Below the pieces are notes generated by a model that saw nothing but the letters and a program-made list of their open reading frames with translations, was not told the DNA's origin and ran no database searches. The position numbers were made by a program, and so were the translations under genes. From positions 109,877-173,876 of the forward strand of contig JBDZVT010000004.1 of the NCBI GenBank assembly GCA_040255835.1: DNA of 64,000 nucleotides, in the 5' to 3' direction. The DNA comes from Lysobacteraceae bacterium. Its GTDB lineage: Bacteria; Pseudomonadota; Gammaproteobacteria; Xanthomonadales; Rhodanobacteraceae. Below are positions 22,588 to 31,386 of this stretch, piece by piece (position 1 is the first letter of the stretch; each line of letters begins with the position of its first letter).

Positions 22588-22953
22588 TCAACCCTTGAAT
22601 CTGAACGCCAGCAGATAGACCGCGTAGGCAGCCACCAACCCCGTGATGGCGGCCAGTGGCGGCAACTTGAATTGGAACAGGATCATGACCAGCCCTCCGA
22701 CGATCACGATCCATTTCAGGAGCATGCCCGTCAGCAGCCGACCCAGCGCCGGACCCGCGCCGCCGATGCCGCTGAACATCCGCGCCGACATCGCTGCGGT
22801 ACCCAGCGCCACCACCACCGCGCCTGCCGCGGCCGATGCCGCTTCACGACGCCCCAGCGCAAGGAAGACGCTGCCCACCAGTAGAGCCACCGCGAATTGC
22901 AGCAGCACGATACGCAAGGCGAGACGCCGACCCGAGGCCAGGTTATTGAGCAA
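22588..22953 (-). CDS. atpI: ATP synthase protein I
   Basis: Small hydrophobic protein immediately upstream of atpB. The only available start is TTG at 22953. Confidence 0.7.
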   Translation of the reverse strand: MLNNLASGRRLALRIVLLQFAVALLVGSVFLALGRREAASAAAGAVVVALGTAAMSARMFSGIGGAGPALGRLLTGMLLKWIVIVGGLVMILFQFKLPPLAAITGLVAAYAVYLLAFRFKG

Positions 22954-23022
22954 GTGACGTCTCCGCGCGACCCATGCCAGGCGGCGCCGATCCAGTCACC
23001 CGCCACGATCCGAATCCGTAAA

Positions 23023-23052
23023 AGTATATCAGTGGGCCGATTGCCCGGACAA
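23023..23052 (-). promoter_or_regulatory. candidate sigma70 promoter for the atp operon
   Basis: On the minus strand: TTGTCC, an 18-nt spacer, then TATACT, about 70 nt upstream of atpI. Confidence 0.3.
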
Positions 23053-23144
23053 GCCGCGAAACCGGCTGATCGGCGCCTCGCGCGTACAGGCGCGTCCTTG
23101 CGCGGCCCCTGCGACGATCTGCCGCGACGCAGGATCTTGCGCGC

Positions 23145-23175
23145 AAAAAAAAGGCCGGACATCCATGTTCCGGCC
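23145..23175 (-). terminator. rho-independent terminator after the phasin gene
   Basis: Minus-strand GGCCGGA-(9-nt loop)-TCCGGCC followed by a U8 run, 37 nt after the phasin stop. Confidence 0.85.
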
Positions 23176-23211
23176 TTCTCGAGGGGGTGTTGCCATCGCT
23201 GGCGGCGGCGA

Positions 23212-23598
23212 TTACTTGGCGGCGGCCTTCTTGCCGGCAGCCGGCGCGGCCACGGCGTCGTTGGCCGCCTGGCGCTGCTCCTGCACCAGCGCCGTCAGCG
23301 ACTCGGCGGTCTTCTGGGTGATCGCCAGCACTTCCTGCGACACCGCCACGGCGCGCTCGGCGTTCTCGCGGCTCAGGCTGCTGCCCTTCTCCCACAGGCC
23401 GCGCAGGCCGTCGACGTCGCGGGTTTCCATCACCTCGGTGACGAACTCGGCGGAGACCTTGGTCTGCTCCTCGAGCGCCTTGAGCTGCAGCTCGGCGACC
23501 TTCTCCAGGCCCTTCAGGGCCAGCGAGTGCGCCTTGAACGCGCTGTCGGTGAACTGCTTGGTGAACGCAAAAAGCTGGTCGTTGAATTGCTGGGTCAT
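23212..23598 (-). CDS. phaP: phasin family protein (PHA granule-associated)
   Basis: ATG at 23598 with GAGGAA upstream. Helical, Ala/Gln/Lys-rich 128-aa product (MTQQFNDQLFAFTKQFTDSAFKAH...) typical of phasins. Confidence 0.8.
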   Translation of the reverse strand: MTQQFNDQLFAFTKQFTDSAFKAHSLALKGLEKVAELQLKALEEQTKVSAEFVTEVMETRDVDGLRGLWEKGSSLSRENAERAVAVSQEVLAITQKTAESLTALVQEQRQAANDAVAAPAAGKKAAAK

Positions 23599-23635
23599 GG
23601 CTCGTTCCTCGGGTGGAGGTGGGGTAGTGGCAACC

Positions 23636-23664
23636 ACTCTACCAAGGCTTCTGTTGCGTTGCAA
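23636..23664 (-). promoter_or_regulatory. candidate phaP promoter with overlapping TGC-N3-GCA palindrome
   Basis: On the minus strand: TTGCAA, a 17-nt spacer, then TAGAGT. The -35 lies inside GTTGCAACGCAAC (TGCAACGCA). Confidence 0.45.
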
Positions 23665-23750
23665 CATGAATTTCGGAAAATCGCCAGACCAGTCGGCAAA
23701 TATTCAGCTGAAACGCCAACTTGTACCAAGCCAGAAGATAACGCAATGCG

Positions 23751-24113
23751 TCAGTAACTGGCGCGGCTGCAGCTTGCGCCGGAGGTGCAGGTCTCGTGCA
23801 CCACGACCTTGTCCAGCCCGGCCAGGCGCGGCTGCAGTCGTTGCCAGATCCAGCGCGCCAGCGTTTCGCTGGTGGGGTTTTCCAGCCCCTCGATGTCGTT
23901 GAGGTAGTGGTGGTCGAGTTGCTCGTAGAGCGGCGCAAAGGCCGCTTTCACGTCGGCAAAATCCATCACCCAGCCCAGCTGCGGGTCCGGTTCGCCCTCG
24001 ACGTGGATCTCGACCCGGAACGAATGCCCGTGCAGCCGCGCGCACTTGTGGCCCGCCGGCACGTGGGGCAGGCGATGGGCCGCTTCGAGCTGGAACACCT
24101 TGAAGATGTGCAT
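23751..24113 (-). CDS. queD: 6-carboxy-5,6,7,8-tetrahydropterin synthase
   Basis: 120 aa with [19 protein letters not shown] and a zinc/His-triad pattern typical of QueD. Confidence 0.93.
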   Translation of the reverse strand: MHIFKVFQLEAAHRLPHVPAGHKCARLHGHSFRVEIHVEGEPDPQLGWVMDFADVKAAFAPLYEQLDHHYLNDIEGLENPTSETLARWIWQRLQPRLAGLDKVVVHETCTSGASCSRASY

Positions 24114-24168
24114 GGCAGTGCCTGCGCGCAGTGGACACGTCGGCGGGAGCGGACACGCGCGACGCGCC

Positions 24169-24245
24169 TGGTGGCTATGGGTGGACTCGAACCACCGACC
24201 CCAGCATTATGAGTGCTGTGCTCTAACCAGCTGAGCTACATAGCC
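24169..24245 (-). tRNA. tRNA-Met (anticodon CAT), elongator type
   Basis: The minus strand reads GGCTATGTAGCTCAGCTGGTTAGAGCACAGCACTCATAATGCTGGGGTCGGTGGTTCGAGTCCACCCATAGCCACCA. All four stems pair, CCA is encoded, and it closely resembles E. coli metT. Confidence 0.95.
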
Positions 24246-24290
24246 GTGAGGGACCGCCGGCATGGATCGGACGATCGGGGCGGGCGCGGA

Positions 24291-24319
24291 AGTGTAGTGG
24301 CACGCACGCTGCGGTTCAA
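24291..24319 (-). promoter_or_regulatory. candidate sigma70 promoter for tRNA-Met
   Basis: On the minus strand: TTGAAC, a 17-nt spacer, TACACT, then a GC-rich discriminator (TCCGCGCCCGCC). About 40 nt upstream of the mature 5' end. Confidence 0.5.
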
Positions 24320-24420
24320 GTCGGCAGCTTGCCGCTCGTTCGCGCCCTGTGGTTGAATCGGGCCAGGGCCGCGCGGTCATTTTGCTGCCGGTTCGCGGGG
24401 CCCGGTCCCCGGGAGGCGAC

Positions 24421-24981
24421 ATGATTGATGTAGATGGCTATCGTCCGAACGTGGGCATCGTGCTGCTCAACGCAGCCGGCCAGCTGTTCTGGGCGCGCCG
24501 GGTCAATCGTGACGGCTGGCAGTTCCCGCAGGGCGGCATGCGTACCGACGAGACCCCGCTGGAGGCGATGTATCGCGAGCTGGAGGAGGAAACCGGCCTG
24601 GCGGCCCACCATGTGGAGGTGATCACCGCCACCCACGGCTGGTTGCGCTATCGGTTGCCCGAGCGGTACGTGCGCCGGCACCAGCGGCCGACCTGCATCG
24701 GCCAGAAGCAGGTGTGGTTCCTGCTCCGGCTGGTCGGCGGCGAGGAGGCGCTGAGGCTCGACGCCTCCGAGAAGCCCGAGTTCGATATCTGGCGCTGGGT
24801 CGATTTCTGGTACCCGGCAGCGCACGTGGTGAACTTCAAGCGCGACGTGTACGCGCGGGCGCTGCGCCATTTCGCGCCGCTGGTGGAGGATCTGTTCGGC
24901 ATGGAGATCGGTACCACGCCGCCGCGCGGCGATACCGGCACGCCGGTCGGTGGTCCGCGCACGGGGTGCGCCGCGGCCTGA
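24421..24981 (+). CDS. rppH: RNA pyrophosphohydrolase
   Basis: ATG at 24421 ([17 protein letters not shown]). Nudix box [23 protein letters not shown]. Confidence 0.93.
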   Translation: MIDVDGYRPNVGIVLLNAAGQLFWARRVNRDGWQFPQGGMRTDETPLEAMYRELEEETGLAAHHVEVITATHGWLRYRLPERYVRRHQRPTCIGQKQVWFLLRLVGGEEALRLDASEKPEFDIWRWVDFWYPAAHVVNFKRDVYARALRHFAPLVEDLFGMEIGTTPPRGDTGTPVGGPRTGCAAA

Positions 24982-25031
24982 CGGGCCTGCGCCTGGCGGG
25001 CCGGTCAGGCCGGTCGTGGATCTCGCAGTTG

Positions 25032-25060
25032 TTGACAATCGTTCGCATTCGCGTTCTCAT
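25032..25060 (+). promoter_or_regulatory. AT-richer patch upstream of bfd: possible promoter with a Fur-box-like element
   Basis: TTGACA at 25032-25037 followed by AATCGTTCGCATT. bfd genes are commonly Fur-regulated. The match to the Fur consensus is only partial. Confidence 0.3.
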
Positions 25061-25067
25061 ACGCGCC

Positions 25068-25265
25068 ATGTACATCTGCCTGTGCAACGCCGTCACCGAC
25101 CACGACATCCGCCGCGAGGCGGCCGATGGCGTGCAGACCTTTGCCGAACTGCAGGCCCGCACCGGCTGTTCGGACTGCTGTGGCTGCTGCGGCGACGAAG
25201 CCCGCGCCACCTTCGAGCAGGCCCGCCGGCAGGTGCTCTGCCAGCTTCCGTTCGTCGCCGCCTGA
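25068..25265 (+). CDS. bfd: bacterioferritin-associated ferredoxin
   Basis: MYICLCNAVTD start and four-Cys [2Fe-2S] pattern (CxC...CxxC: CSDCCGCC). 65 aa, directly upstream of bfr. Confidence 0.9.
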   Translation: MYICLCNAVTDHDIRREAADGVQTFAELQARTGCSDCCGCCGDEARATFEQARRQVLCQLPFVAA

Positions 25266-25372
25266 CCCGCACCGGGTCATCGCGCCCATTGGCAAACCAT
25301 TGGCGTTCTCATTCCGTCCCGCTGGCCGCGGACTTTGTATAGTCCGTGGGTACGCGGCGATGGAGGAAGGCC

Positions 25373-25843
25373 ATGAAAGGTGATGCCAAGGTCATCGAGT
25401 TTCTCAACAAGGTGCTCTACAACGAGCTGACCGCGATCAACCAGTATTTCCTGCATGCCCGGATGTACAAGAACTGGGGCTACACCGAGCTGGCCGAGCA
25501 CGAATACAAGGAGTCGATCGACGAGATGAAGCACGCCGATCGGCTGATCGAGCGCATTTTGTTCCTCGACGGCCTGCCCAACCTGCAGCGCCTGGGCAAG
25601 CTGCGCATCGGCGAGCATCCGGTCGAGGCACTGCAGGGCGACCTGGACCTGGAACTGGCCGCCACCGGCGACCTGCGCGAAGCCATCGCCTACAGCGAAG
25701 GCATCGCCGACTACATCAGCCGCGACCTCTTCAAGCACATCCTGCATGACGAGGAAGAACACATCGACTGGCTCGAAACCCAGTTCAGCCTGATCAAGGA
25801 CATCGGCGCGGAGCGCTACCTGCAAAGCAAGATGCAGAGCTGA
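25373..25843 (+). CDS. bfr: bacterioferritin
   Basis: [37 protein letters not shown] is a canonical Bfr N-terminus, including the haem-ligand Met region. Confidence 0.96.
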   Translation: MKGDAKVIEFLNKVLYNELTAINQYFLHARMYKNWGYTELAEHEYKESIDEMKHADRLIERILFLDGLPNLQRLGKLRIGEHPVEALQGDLDLELAATGDLREAIAYSEGIADYISRDLFKHILHDEEEHIDWLETQFSLIKDIGAERYLQSKMQS

Positions 25844-25955
25844 CGGCGGCCACGCGGTGCGCGCGCGCGTCGCGCGATCCGCCCGGCGTGCGCCCGTTCC
25901 TTGACGCTCTCGTCACGCCCGGGCTATACCTCGGGTTTTCCGGGAACGGCCTTCG

Positions 25956-26708
25956 ATGGGTTCACGACCACCCCCGCGCTTCGTGGTGCGCAGGCACGAC
26001 GATGTCGGCCATCGCTGGCGCCGCCTGTGGTGGGGCCTGGCCTGGCTGGGCAGCCTCCTGGCGGTGGGCCTCGGCGTGCACGTGCTGGGTGCACGCAGCA
26101 CGCCGGCCGCGGTCGACCACAAGCAGCAGCGCGCACTGCTGGCCGAGGTCGACGACCTCAAGCAGCAGGTGGCGAACCTGCAGCGTGCCGGCCAGGTCAA
26201 CGAAGTGGCCACCACCGCCCTGCGCGGCACCCTGGCCCAGCGCGAGAAGGAACTGAGCGCGCTGCGCGCGGATCTCGGTTTCTACTCGCGCCTGGTTGCC
26301 GGCAACGGCCAGCGCCAGGGCCTCAAGCTGCAGGAAGTGAAGCTGCAGCCGATCGCCGGTTCGCGCGGCTGGACGCTGATCCTCAGCCTGACCCAGAACG
26401 CCAAGCGCGGCGACGAGATCAGCGGTCATGCCGCGGTCAGCGTGGAGGGCATGCGCAAGGACAAGGTCGTGACGCTGGATTGGCCGGCGCTGGGCGACGG
26501 CGCGCAGAAGGACGGCCTGCCGTTCCGCTTCACCTATTTCCAGCAGTTGCAGGGCACCATCGTGCTGCCCGCGGATTTCCGCCCCACGCGGCTGCGCATC
26601 CGGGTCGACCCGGCCAGCGGCGAGACCGTGAGCCGCACCGTGGCGTGGGGCGCCGCCTTGTCCGGCAACATCACTACCGCCGAGGGAGATCGAGATGCTC
26701 AACCGTAG
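25956..26708 (+). CDS. membrane-anchored coiled-coil protein (DUF6776-like)
   Basis: ATG at 25956. One TM helix (LWWGLAWLGSLLAVGLGV), a coiled-coil stretch, then a beta-rich C-terminal half. Overlaps the bactofilin start by 14 nt. The DUF name is from memory. Confidence 0.55.
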   Translation: MGSRPPPRFVVRRHDDVGHRWRRLWWGLAWLGSLLAVGLGVHVLGARSTPAAVDHKQQRALLAEVDDLKQQVANLQRAGQVNEVATTALRGTLAQREKELSALRADLGFYSRLVAGNGQRQGLKLQEVKLQPIAGSRGWTLILSLTQNAKRGDEISGHAAVSVEGMRKDKVVTLDWPALGDGAQKDGLPFRFTYFQQLQGTIVLPADFRPTRLRIRVDPASGETVSRTVAWGAALSGNITTAEGDRDAQP

Positions 26709-27129
26709 ACGCAGCGACCGCAATCGCGGCAGTTCCGAAACCAGCCTGATCGCCCGCGGCACGGTGATCCGCGGCGACCTGCGCTTCAGCGGCGCGCTGC
26801 ACCTGGACGGGCGCATCGAGGGCAGCGTGCTGGCCGAGGGCGACGACGCCATGTTCACCCTGAGCGAGCACGGCGAGGTGCAGGGGGAGGTGCACGTGCC
26901 GCAGGCGGTGATCAACGGCCACATCACCGGCGACGTCCACGTCAGCGTGCGGCTGGAGCTGGCGCCGCTGGCGCGCATCGACGGCGACCTGCGCTACCAC
27001 ACCCTGGAAATGGCCGCCGGCGCCCAGGTCAACGGGCGCATCGCGCGCCAGGCCGAACCGGCGCAGCGTGCGCTGGCCGCGCCCGAAGCGGGAGCCAGCG
27101 ACGTGGACGAGGAAGCGTTGCCGGCTTGA
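26695..27129 (+). CDS. bactofilin (polymer-forming cytoskeletal protein, CcmA/DUF583)
   Basis: GAGGGAG upstream of the ATG. Beta-helix repeats ([20 protein letters not shown]..., [11 protein letters not shown]..., [22 protein letters not shown]). Confidence 0.85.
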   Translation: MLNRRRSDRNRGSSETSLIARGTVIRGDLRFSGALHLDGRIEGSVLAEGDDAMFTLSEHGEVQGEVHVPQAVINGHITGDVHVSVRLELAPLARIDGDLRYHTLEMAAGAQVNGRIARQAEPAQRALAAPEAGASDVDEEALPA

Positions 27130-27175
27130 CGCGCTATGCTTGTGTCCTGTCCGTCGCAGCCCCATTCAGATAGCC

Positions 27176-27544
27176 ATGGCAACCATCGTCTCGATTCCCG
27201 ATTACCGCACCGGCGGCGCCCCGCTGGAGTTCACCGCGGCCGCCGCGCACAAGGTGCATGAGCTGATTGCCGAGGAAGGCAATCCGGAACTCAAGCTGCG
27301 CGTGTACATCTCCGGCGGCGGCTGTTCCGGCTTCCAGTACGGTTTCACCTTCGACGAGGCCCAGGCCGAGGACGACCTGGCGATCGAGCGCGACGGCGTC
27401 ACGCTGTTGTGTGATCCGCTGTCGCTGCAATACCTCACCGGCGCGCAGATCGACTACGCGGAAAACCTCAGCGGCGCGCAGTTCGTGATCAGCAACCCGA
27501 ACGCGAAGACCACCTGCGGCTGCGGCTCCTCCTTCACCGCCTGA
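27176..27544 (+). CDS. erpA: iron-sulfur cluster insertion protein ErpA
   Basis: ATG at 27176. A-type carrier motifs [17 protein letters not shown] and C-terminal CGCGSSF. Confidence 0.93.
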   Translation: MATIVSIPDYRTGGAPLEFTAAAAHKVHELIAEEGNPELKLRVYISGGGCSGFQYGFTFDEAQAEDDLAIERDGVTLLCDPLSLQYLTGAQIDYAENLSGAQFVISNPNAKTTCGCGSSFTA

Positions 27545-27554
27545 CGCCCTTGCC

Positions 27555-28529
27555 ATGGATCAGGCCAGGCTGCCGCATCCCAACACCTTTGCCGGCCTGA
27601 GCCGGGTGCTCGACCGCATGGCCGAGCACCGCGACGAGGCGGCGTGGGTGGCTGCGCAGGCGCACGCGGACACGGCCCGCTACCTGCTGCTGGACGCCAC
27701 CGGCGAAGCCTACCTCCGCCGCGACGGCAACGCGCTGCGCTGGCTCGGCGCGGGCGAACGCGCACAATGGCTGGCCGACACGCCCGCCAGCCTGCTCGGC
27801 ATCGCGCACGAGCGGCCGCATTTCCTGCTGGTGGTGGATGACCGCGCACAGGGCGACGCGCTGGAAACCGCGCTGGACGCACGCCGCATGAGCCTGCGCA
27901 GCGCAGGCCTCCTGCTGCCCGCGGACGAGGCCGGGCTGTTCGCCTACGCCAAGGGGCTGTCGCACTGGCAGCGCGAGACGCGGTTCTGCGCCTATTGCGG
28001 CGGGCCGCTGCAACTGGTGGCCGCCGGGCATCGGGCGCAATGCCGCAATCCCGACTGCGCGCGACTGCATTTCCCGCGCACGGATGCGGCCGTCATCATG
28101 CTGGTCGAGCACGAAGGCGCCTGCCTGCTCGGGCGCCAGCCCGGCTGGCCGCCGCACCGCTATTCCACGCTGGCCGGCTTTGTCGAGCCGGGCGAGGCGC
28201 TGGAGGATGCCGTGCGCCGCGAGGTGGCCGAGGAATCGGGCGTGATCGTGGACGAGGTGCGCTACCACTCCTCGCAGCCGTGGCCGATGCCGGCTTCGCT
28301 GATGGTCGGCTTCATCGCCACCGCGGTGTCGCGCCGCATCCGGATGCGCGACCTGGAGCTGGAGGACGCGCGCTGGTTCACGCCCGCGCAGATCGTCGAG
28401 GGCATCGCCGATGGCAGCTTCCAGCCCTCCACGCGCCTGTCGGTGTCCTACCGGTTGCTGGCGCACTGGCTGCAGCTGCGCGCGGGACTGGACCTGGATG
28501 CGTTGACCGCGGTCACCTCGGTCGCCTGA
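27555..28529 (+). CDS. nudC: NAD(+) diphosphatase (NADH pyrophosphatase)
   Basis: Zinc-ribbon CAYCGG...CRNPDC followed by Nudix box GFVEPGEALEDAVRREVAEESGV and SQPWPMP. Confidence 0.88.
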   Translation: MDQARLPHPNTFAGLSRVLDRMAEHRDEAAWVAAQAHADTARYLLLDATGEAYLRRDGNALRWLGAGERAQWLADTPASLLGIAHERPHFLLVVDDRAQGDALETALDARRMSLRSAGLLLPADEAGLFAYAKGLSHWQRETRFCAYCGGPLQLVAAGHRAQCRNPDCARLHFPRTDAAVIMLVEHEGACLLGRQPGWPPHRYSTLAGFVEPGEALEDAVRREVAEESGVIVDEVRYHSSQPWPMPASLMVGFIATAVSRRIRMRDLELEDARWFTPAQIVEGIADGSFQPSTRLSVSYRLLAHWLQLRAGLDLDALTAVTSVA

Positions 28530-28614
28530 TCCGCCGGGACGTCCGGCCGGATGCCCGCCAGCGAGCCGCGGACGCGCTCGTTACAATGCGGCCATCGTCC
28601 GGGAGTTCGTCGCC

Positions 28615-29484
28615 ATGGCCATCCGTCTGCTTGTTGCCCTGATCGCTCTGGGCTTGTTGCATGTGGCGCCGCAACTGGCCAGTTGGCGTCGCGACGGCCT
28701 GTTCCGGCGCTGGGTCGCGCAACTGTCCGACACCAGCGGCGCCGGCCGCGTGGTGCTGGCGCTGGCGCCGCCGGTACTGCTGTGTGCGTTGCTGGCGTGG
28801 CTGTTCGGCCACACCCTGCTCGGCGAGCTGCCGCCGCTGGTCTTCGCCGTGGTGGTGCTGATCTACTGCTTCGGCCCGCGCGAGTTCGAGCGTGACCTCG
28901 AGGCGATCCTGGCCGCTCCCGACGGCGTCAGCCGCGAGGCGGCGGCGCAACGCCTCTCCGATGACGGCCGCCCGGTGCGCTGGCACGCGCCGGCGCTGGG
29001 CGAGGCGATCGTCTATGCCGCCTCGCGCCGGCGCTTCGCGGTGTTGCTGTGGTTTTTCCTGCTCGGCCCGGTCGGCGCGCTGCTGTACCGGCTGGCCCAG
29101 ACCCTGGGGCGCGACGACTCGCTGGCGCTCGACGGCGACAGCCAGCATGCGGCCAGCTACCTGGCCAACGCGCTGGACTGGCTGCCGGCCCAGGTGCTGA
29201 CCTTCACCCTGGCCGTGGTCGGCCACTGGGATGCGGTGATCGAGGCGTGGCGGCGCTGGCACATCCAGGCTACCCCGACCAGCTGGTACCAGCGCGGCCC
29301 GGGTTTCCTCGGCGCCGCCGCGCAAGCCGACGTGCGCATCGACATCGAGGCCGGCGACGGCTACGCCGAGGAACACAGCGATCCGCTGGACGAGCTGCGG
29401 CGCCTGCGCGGCGCCCTGCTGCGCGCCTTGCTGGCCTGGCTCAGTGTGGTGGCGTTGCTGGTGATCGGCAGCTGGGTGAGCTGA
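28615..29484 (+). CDS. ampE: AmpE-like regulatory membrane protein
   Basis: 289-aa membrane protein whose layout and motifs (LLWFFLLGPVGALLYRL, LDWLPAQV) resemble E. coli AmpE / the CobD-like family. Confidence 0.65.
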   Translation: MAIRLLVALIALGLLHVAPQLASWRRDGLFRRWVAQLSDTSGAGRVVLALAPPVLLCALLAWLFGHTLLGELPPLVFAVVVLIYCFGPREFERDLEAILAAPDGVSREAAAQRLSDDGRPVRWHAPALGEAIVYAASRRRFAVLLWFFLLGPVGALLYRLAQTLGRDDSLALDGDSQHAASYLANALDWLPAQVLTFTLAVVGHWDAVIEAWRRWHIQATPTSWYQRGPGFLGAAAQADVRIDIEAGDGYAEEHSDPLDELRRLRGALLRALLAWLSVVALLVIGSWVS

Positions 29485-29511
29485 CGTCGGGCGCTCTGGC
29501 CAAGTCGTCGT

Positions 29512-31386
29512 TCAGGCGAACTCCCCACGCAATTCGCGGACCCTGGCCTCCAGCGCGGTGGCGGTGGCGGCTTGCGGCGGCACCAAGGCGTCGACGACCA
29601 GCTCCACCCGGGCGCGGAAACGCCGCGGCAGGCGCATGCGGCCCAGCCGGGTGTCGCGCCGGCTCCACACGCTGCCCCACAGGCCGCGCAGCGCCATCGG
29701 CACCACCGGCACCGGGCGCCGGGCCAGGATCTTTTCCAGGCCCGGTCGGAACGGTGCGATCTCGCCGTCGCCGGTCAGGCCGCCCTCGGGGAAGATGCAC
29801 ACCAGCTCGCCATCGGCCAGCGCCGCGTCGATCGCGTCGTAGGCGTGTTGCAGCACGGCGGGGTCCTCCCGCTGCCCGGCGATCGGGATCGCCCTGGCGG
29901 TGCGGAACACGAAGTGCAGCAGCGGCACGTGGAAGATCCGGTAATACATCACGAAGCGCGCCGGGCGACGCAGGTTGGCCATCAGCAGCAGCGGGTCCAT
30001 GAAGCTGACGTGGTTGCACACCAGCAGCGCCGGGCCTTCCTCGGGCAAATGCTGCATGCCGTCCACGCGCACCCGGTACAGTGTGTTCACCAGCACCCAG
30101 GTGACGAAACGCATCAGGAACTCGGGCACCAGGGTGAAGATGTAGATCGCCACCAGCACGTTGAGCAGCGCGACGGACAGAAAGATCGTCGCCGCATCCA
30201 GGCCCAGTGCGCCCAGCCCCAGGCCGAAACCGGCAGCCAGCACGATCAGCAGGGCGTTGATGATGTTGTTGCCGGCGATCACCCGCGACAGCCGTTCGCG
30301 CGGCGTGCGCGACTGCACGAAGGCGAACAGCGGCACCACGTAGAAGCCGGCGAACACGCCGATCGCGGTGAGGTCGAGCACGATGCGCCAGCTGCCGGCG
30401 CCATGCAGGAACGCCAGCCAGTCCAGCCCGCGCGTGGGGGCAAGCCCGTGCCGGGCGAGGTACAGGTCGATGCCGAAGGCGGTGAGGCCGAACGCGCCCA
30501 GCGGCACCAGGCCGATCTCCACCCGCTTGCCGGACAGCTTCTCGCACAGCAGCGCGCCGGCGCCGGTGCCGATCGAGAACAGGGTGAGCACCAGCGTGTT
30601 GACCGAGCCGTCGCCGCCCAGCGTCTCGCGTGTGTAGATCGGCAACTGCGCGATCAGCACGGTGCCGAAGAACCAGAACCAGGAAATGCCCAGCACCGCG
30701 TTGAACACCGCGCGGTCGGCGCGGGTGATGCCCAGCACCCGCGCGGTTTCGCTGAGCGGATTCCAGTTGAACTTCAGTCCCGGCGCGGTGGCGGGTGCGA
30801 GCGGAATGCGCCGGCTGGCCAGGTAACCGGCCACCGCCACCGCGATGGTCGCGCCCGAGGCCAGCAACGGCCCCACGCCGGCCACCAGCATCAGCGAGTT
30901 GCCGGCGATCATGCCGACCAGCATCGCCATCTGCGTGCCCATCTCGACCAGGCCGTTGCCCCCGACCAGTTCCTCGCTCTTCAGCGCCTGCGGCAGGATC
31001 GCGTACTTGATCGGCCCGAACATGGTCGAGTGCATGCCCATCATGAACAGCACCACCAGCAGCAGCGAGGTGTGGTGGGTGTAGAAGCCGTACGCGGCCA
31101 GCGTCATCGCCGCGATCTCGAACAGCTTCACGTAGCGGATGATGCGGCTCTTCTCGTACTTCTCCGCCAGTTGGCCGGCGGTGGCCGAGAACAGGAAGAA
31201 CGGGATGATGAACAGCGCCGGCGCCAGGTTGGTGTAGATCGCCACCGTGCCGTCGTCCAGCTCCATCTGGAACGCCACCAGCATCACCAGCGCGTTGCGG
31301 AACGCGTTGTCGTTGAAGGCGCCCAGCGCCTGCGTCCAGAAGAACGGCGCGAAACGCCGCTTGCCGAGCAATCCGAATTGGCTCAT
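29512..31386 (-). CDS. MFS lysophospholipid transporter (LplT-like) fused to a PlsC-type acyltransferase
   Basis: N-terminal ~400 aa form a 12-TM MFS (FAPFFWTQALGAFNDN). The C-terminal domain has the HX4D acyltransferase motif (NHVSFMD) and FPEGG. Confidence 0.85.
   Translation of the reverse strand: MSQFGLLGKRRFAPFFWTQALGAFNDNAFRNALVMLVAFQMELDDGTVAIYTNLAPALFIIPFFLFSATAGQLAEKYEKSRIIRYVKLFEIAAMTLAAYGFYTHHTSLLLVVLFMMGMHSTMFGPIKYAILPQALKSEELVGGNGLVEMGTQMAMLVGMIAGNSLMLVAGVGPLLASGATIAVAVAGYLASRRIPLAPATAPGLKFNWNPLSETARVLGITRADRAVFNAVLGISWFWFFGTVLIAQLPIYTRETLGGDGSVNTLVLTLFSIGTGAGALLCEKLSGKRVEIGLVPLGAFGLTAFGIDLYLARHGLAPTRGLDWLAFLHGAGSWRIVLDLTAIGVFAGFYVVPLFAFVQSRTPRERLSRVIAGNNIINALLIVLAAGFGLGLGALGLDAATIFLSVALLNVLVAIYIFTLVPEFLMRFVTWVLVNTLYRVRVDGMQHLPEEGPALLVCNHVSFMDPLLLMANLRRPARFVMYYRIFHVPLLHFVFRTARAIPIAGQREDPAVLQHAYDAIDAALADGELVCIFPEGGLTGDGEIAPFRPGLEKILARRPVPVVPMALRGLWGSVWSRRDTRLGRMRLPRRFRARVELVVDALVPPQAATATALEARVRELRGEFA

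Noticed and set aside
24169-24420. tRNA-Met as an integration hotspot for a genomic island or prophage.
   Set aside because: No integrase, no duplicated tRNA 3' end or direct repeat, and the flanking genes (queD, rppH) are ordinary housekeeping genes.
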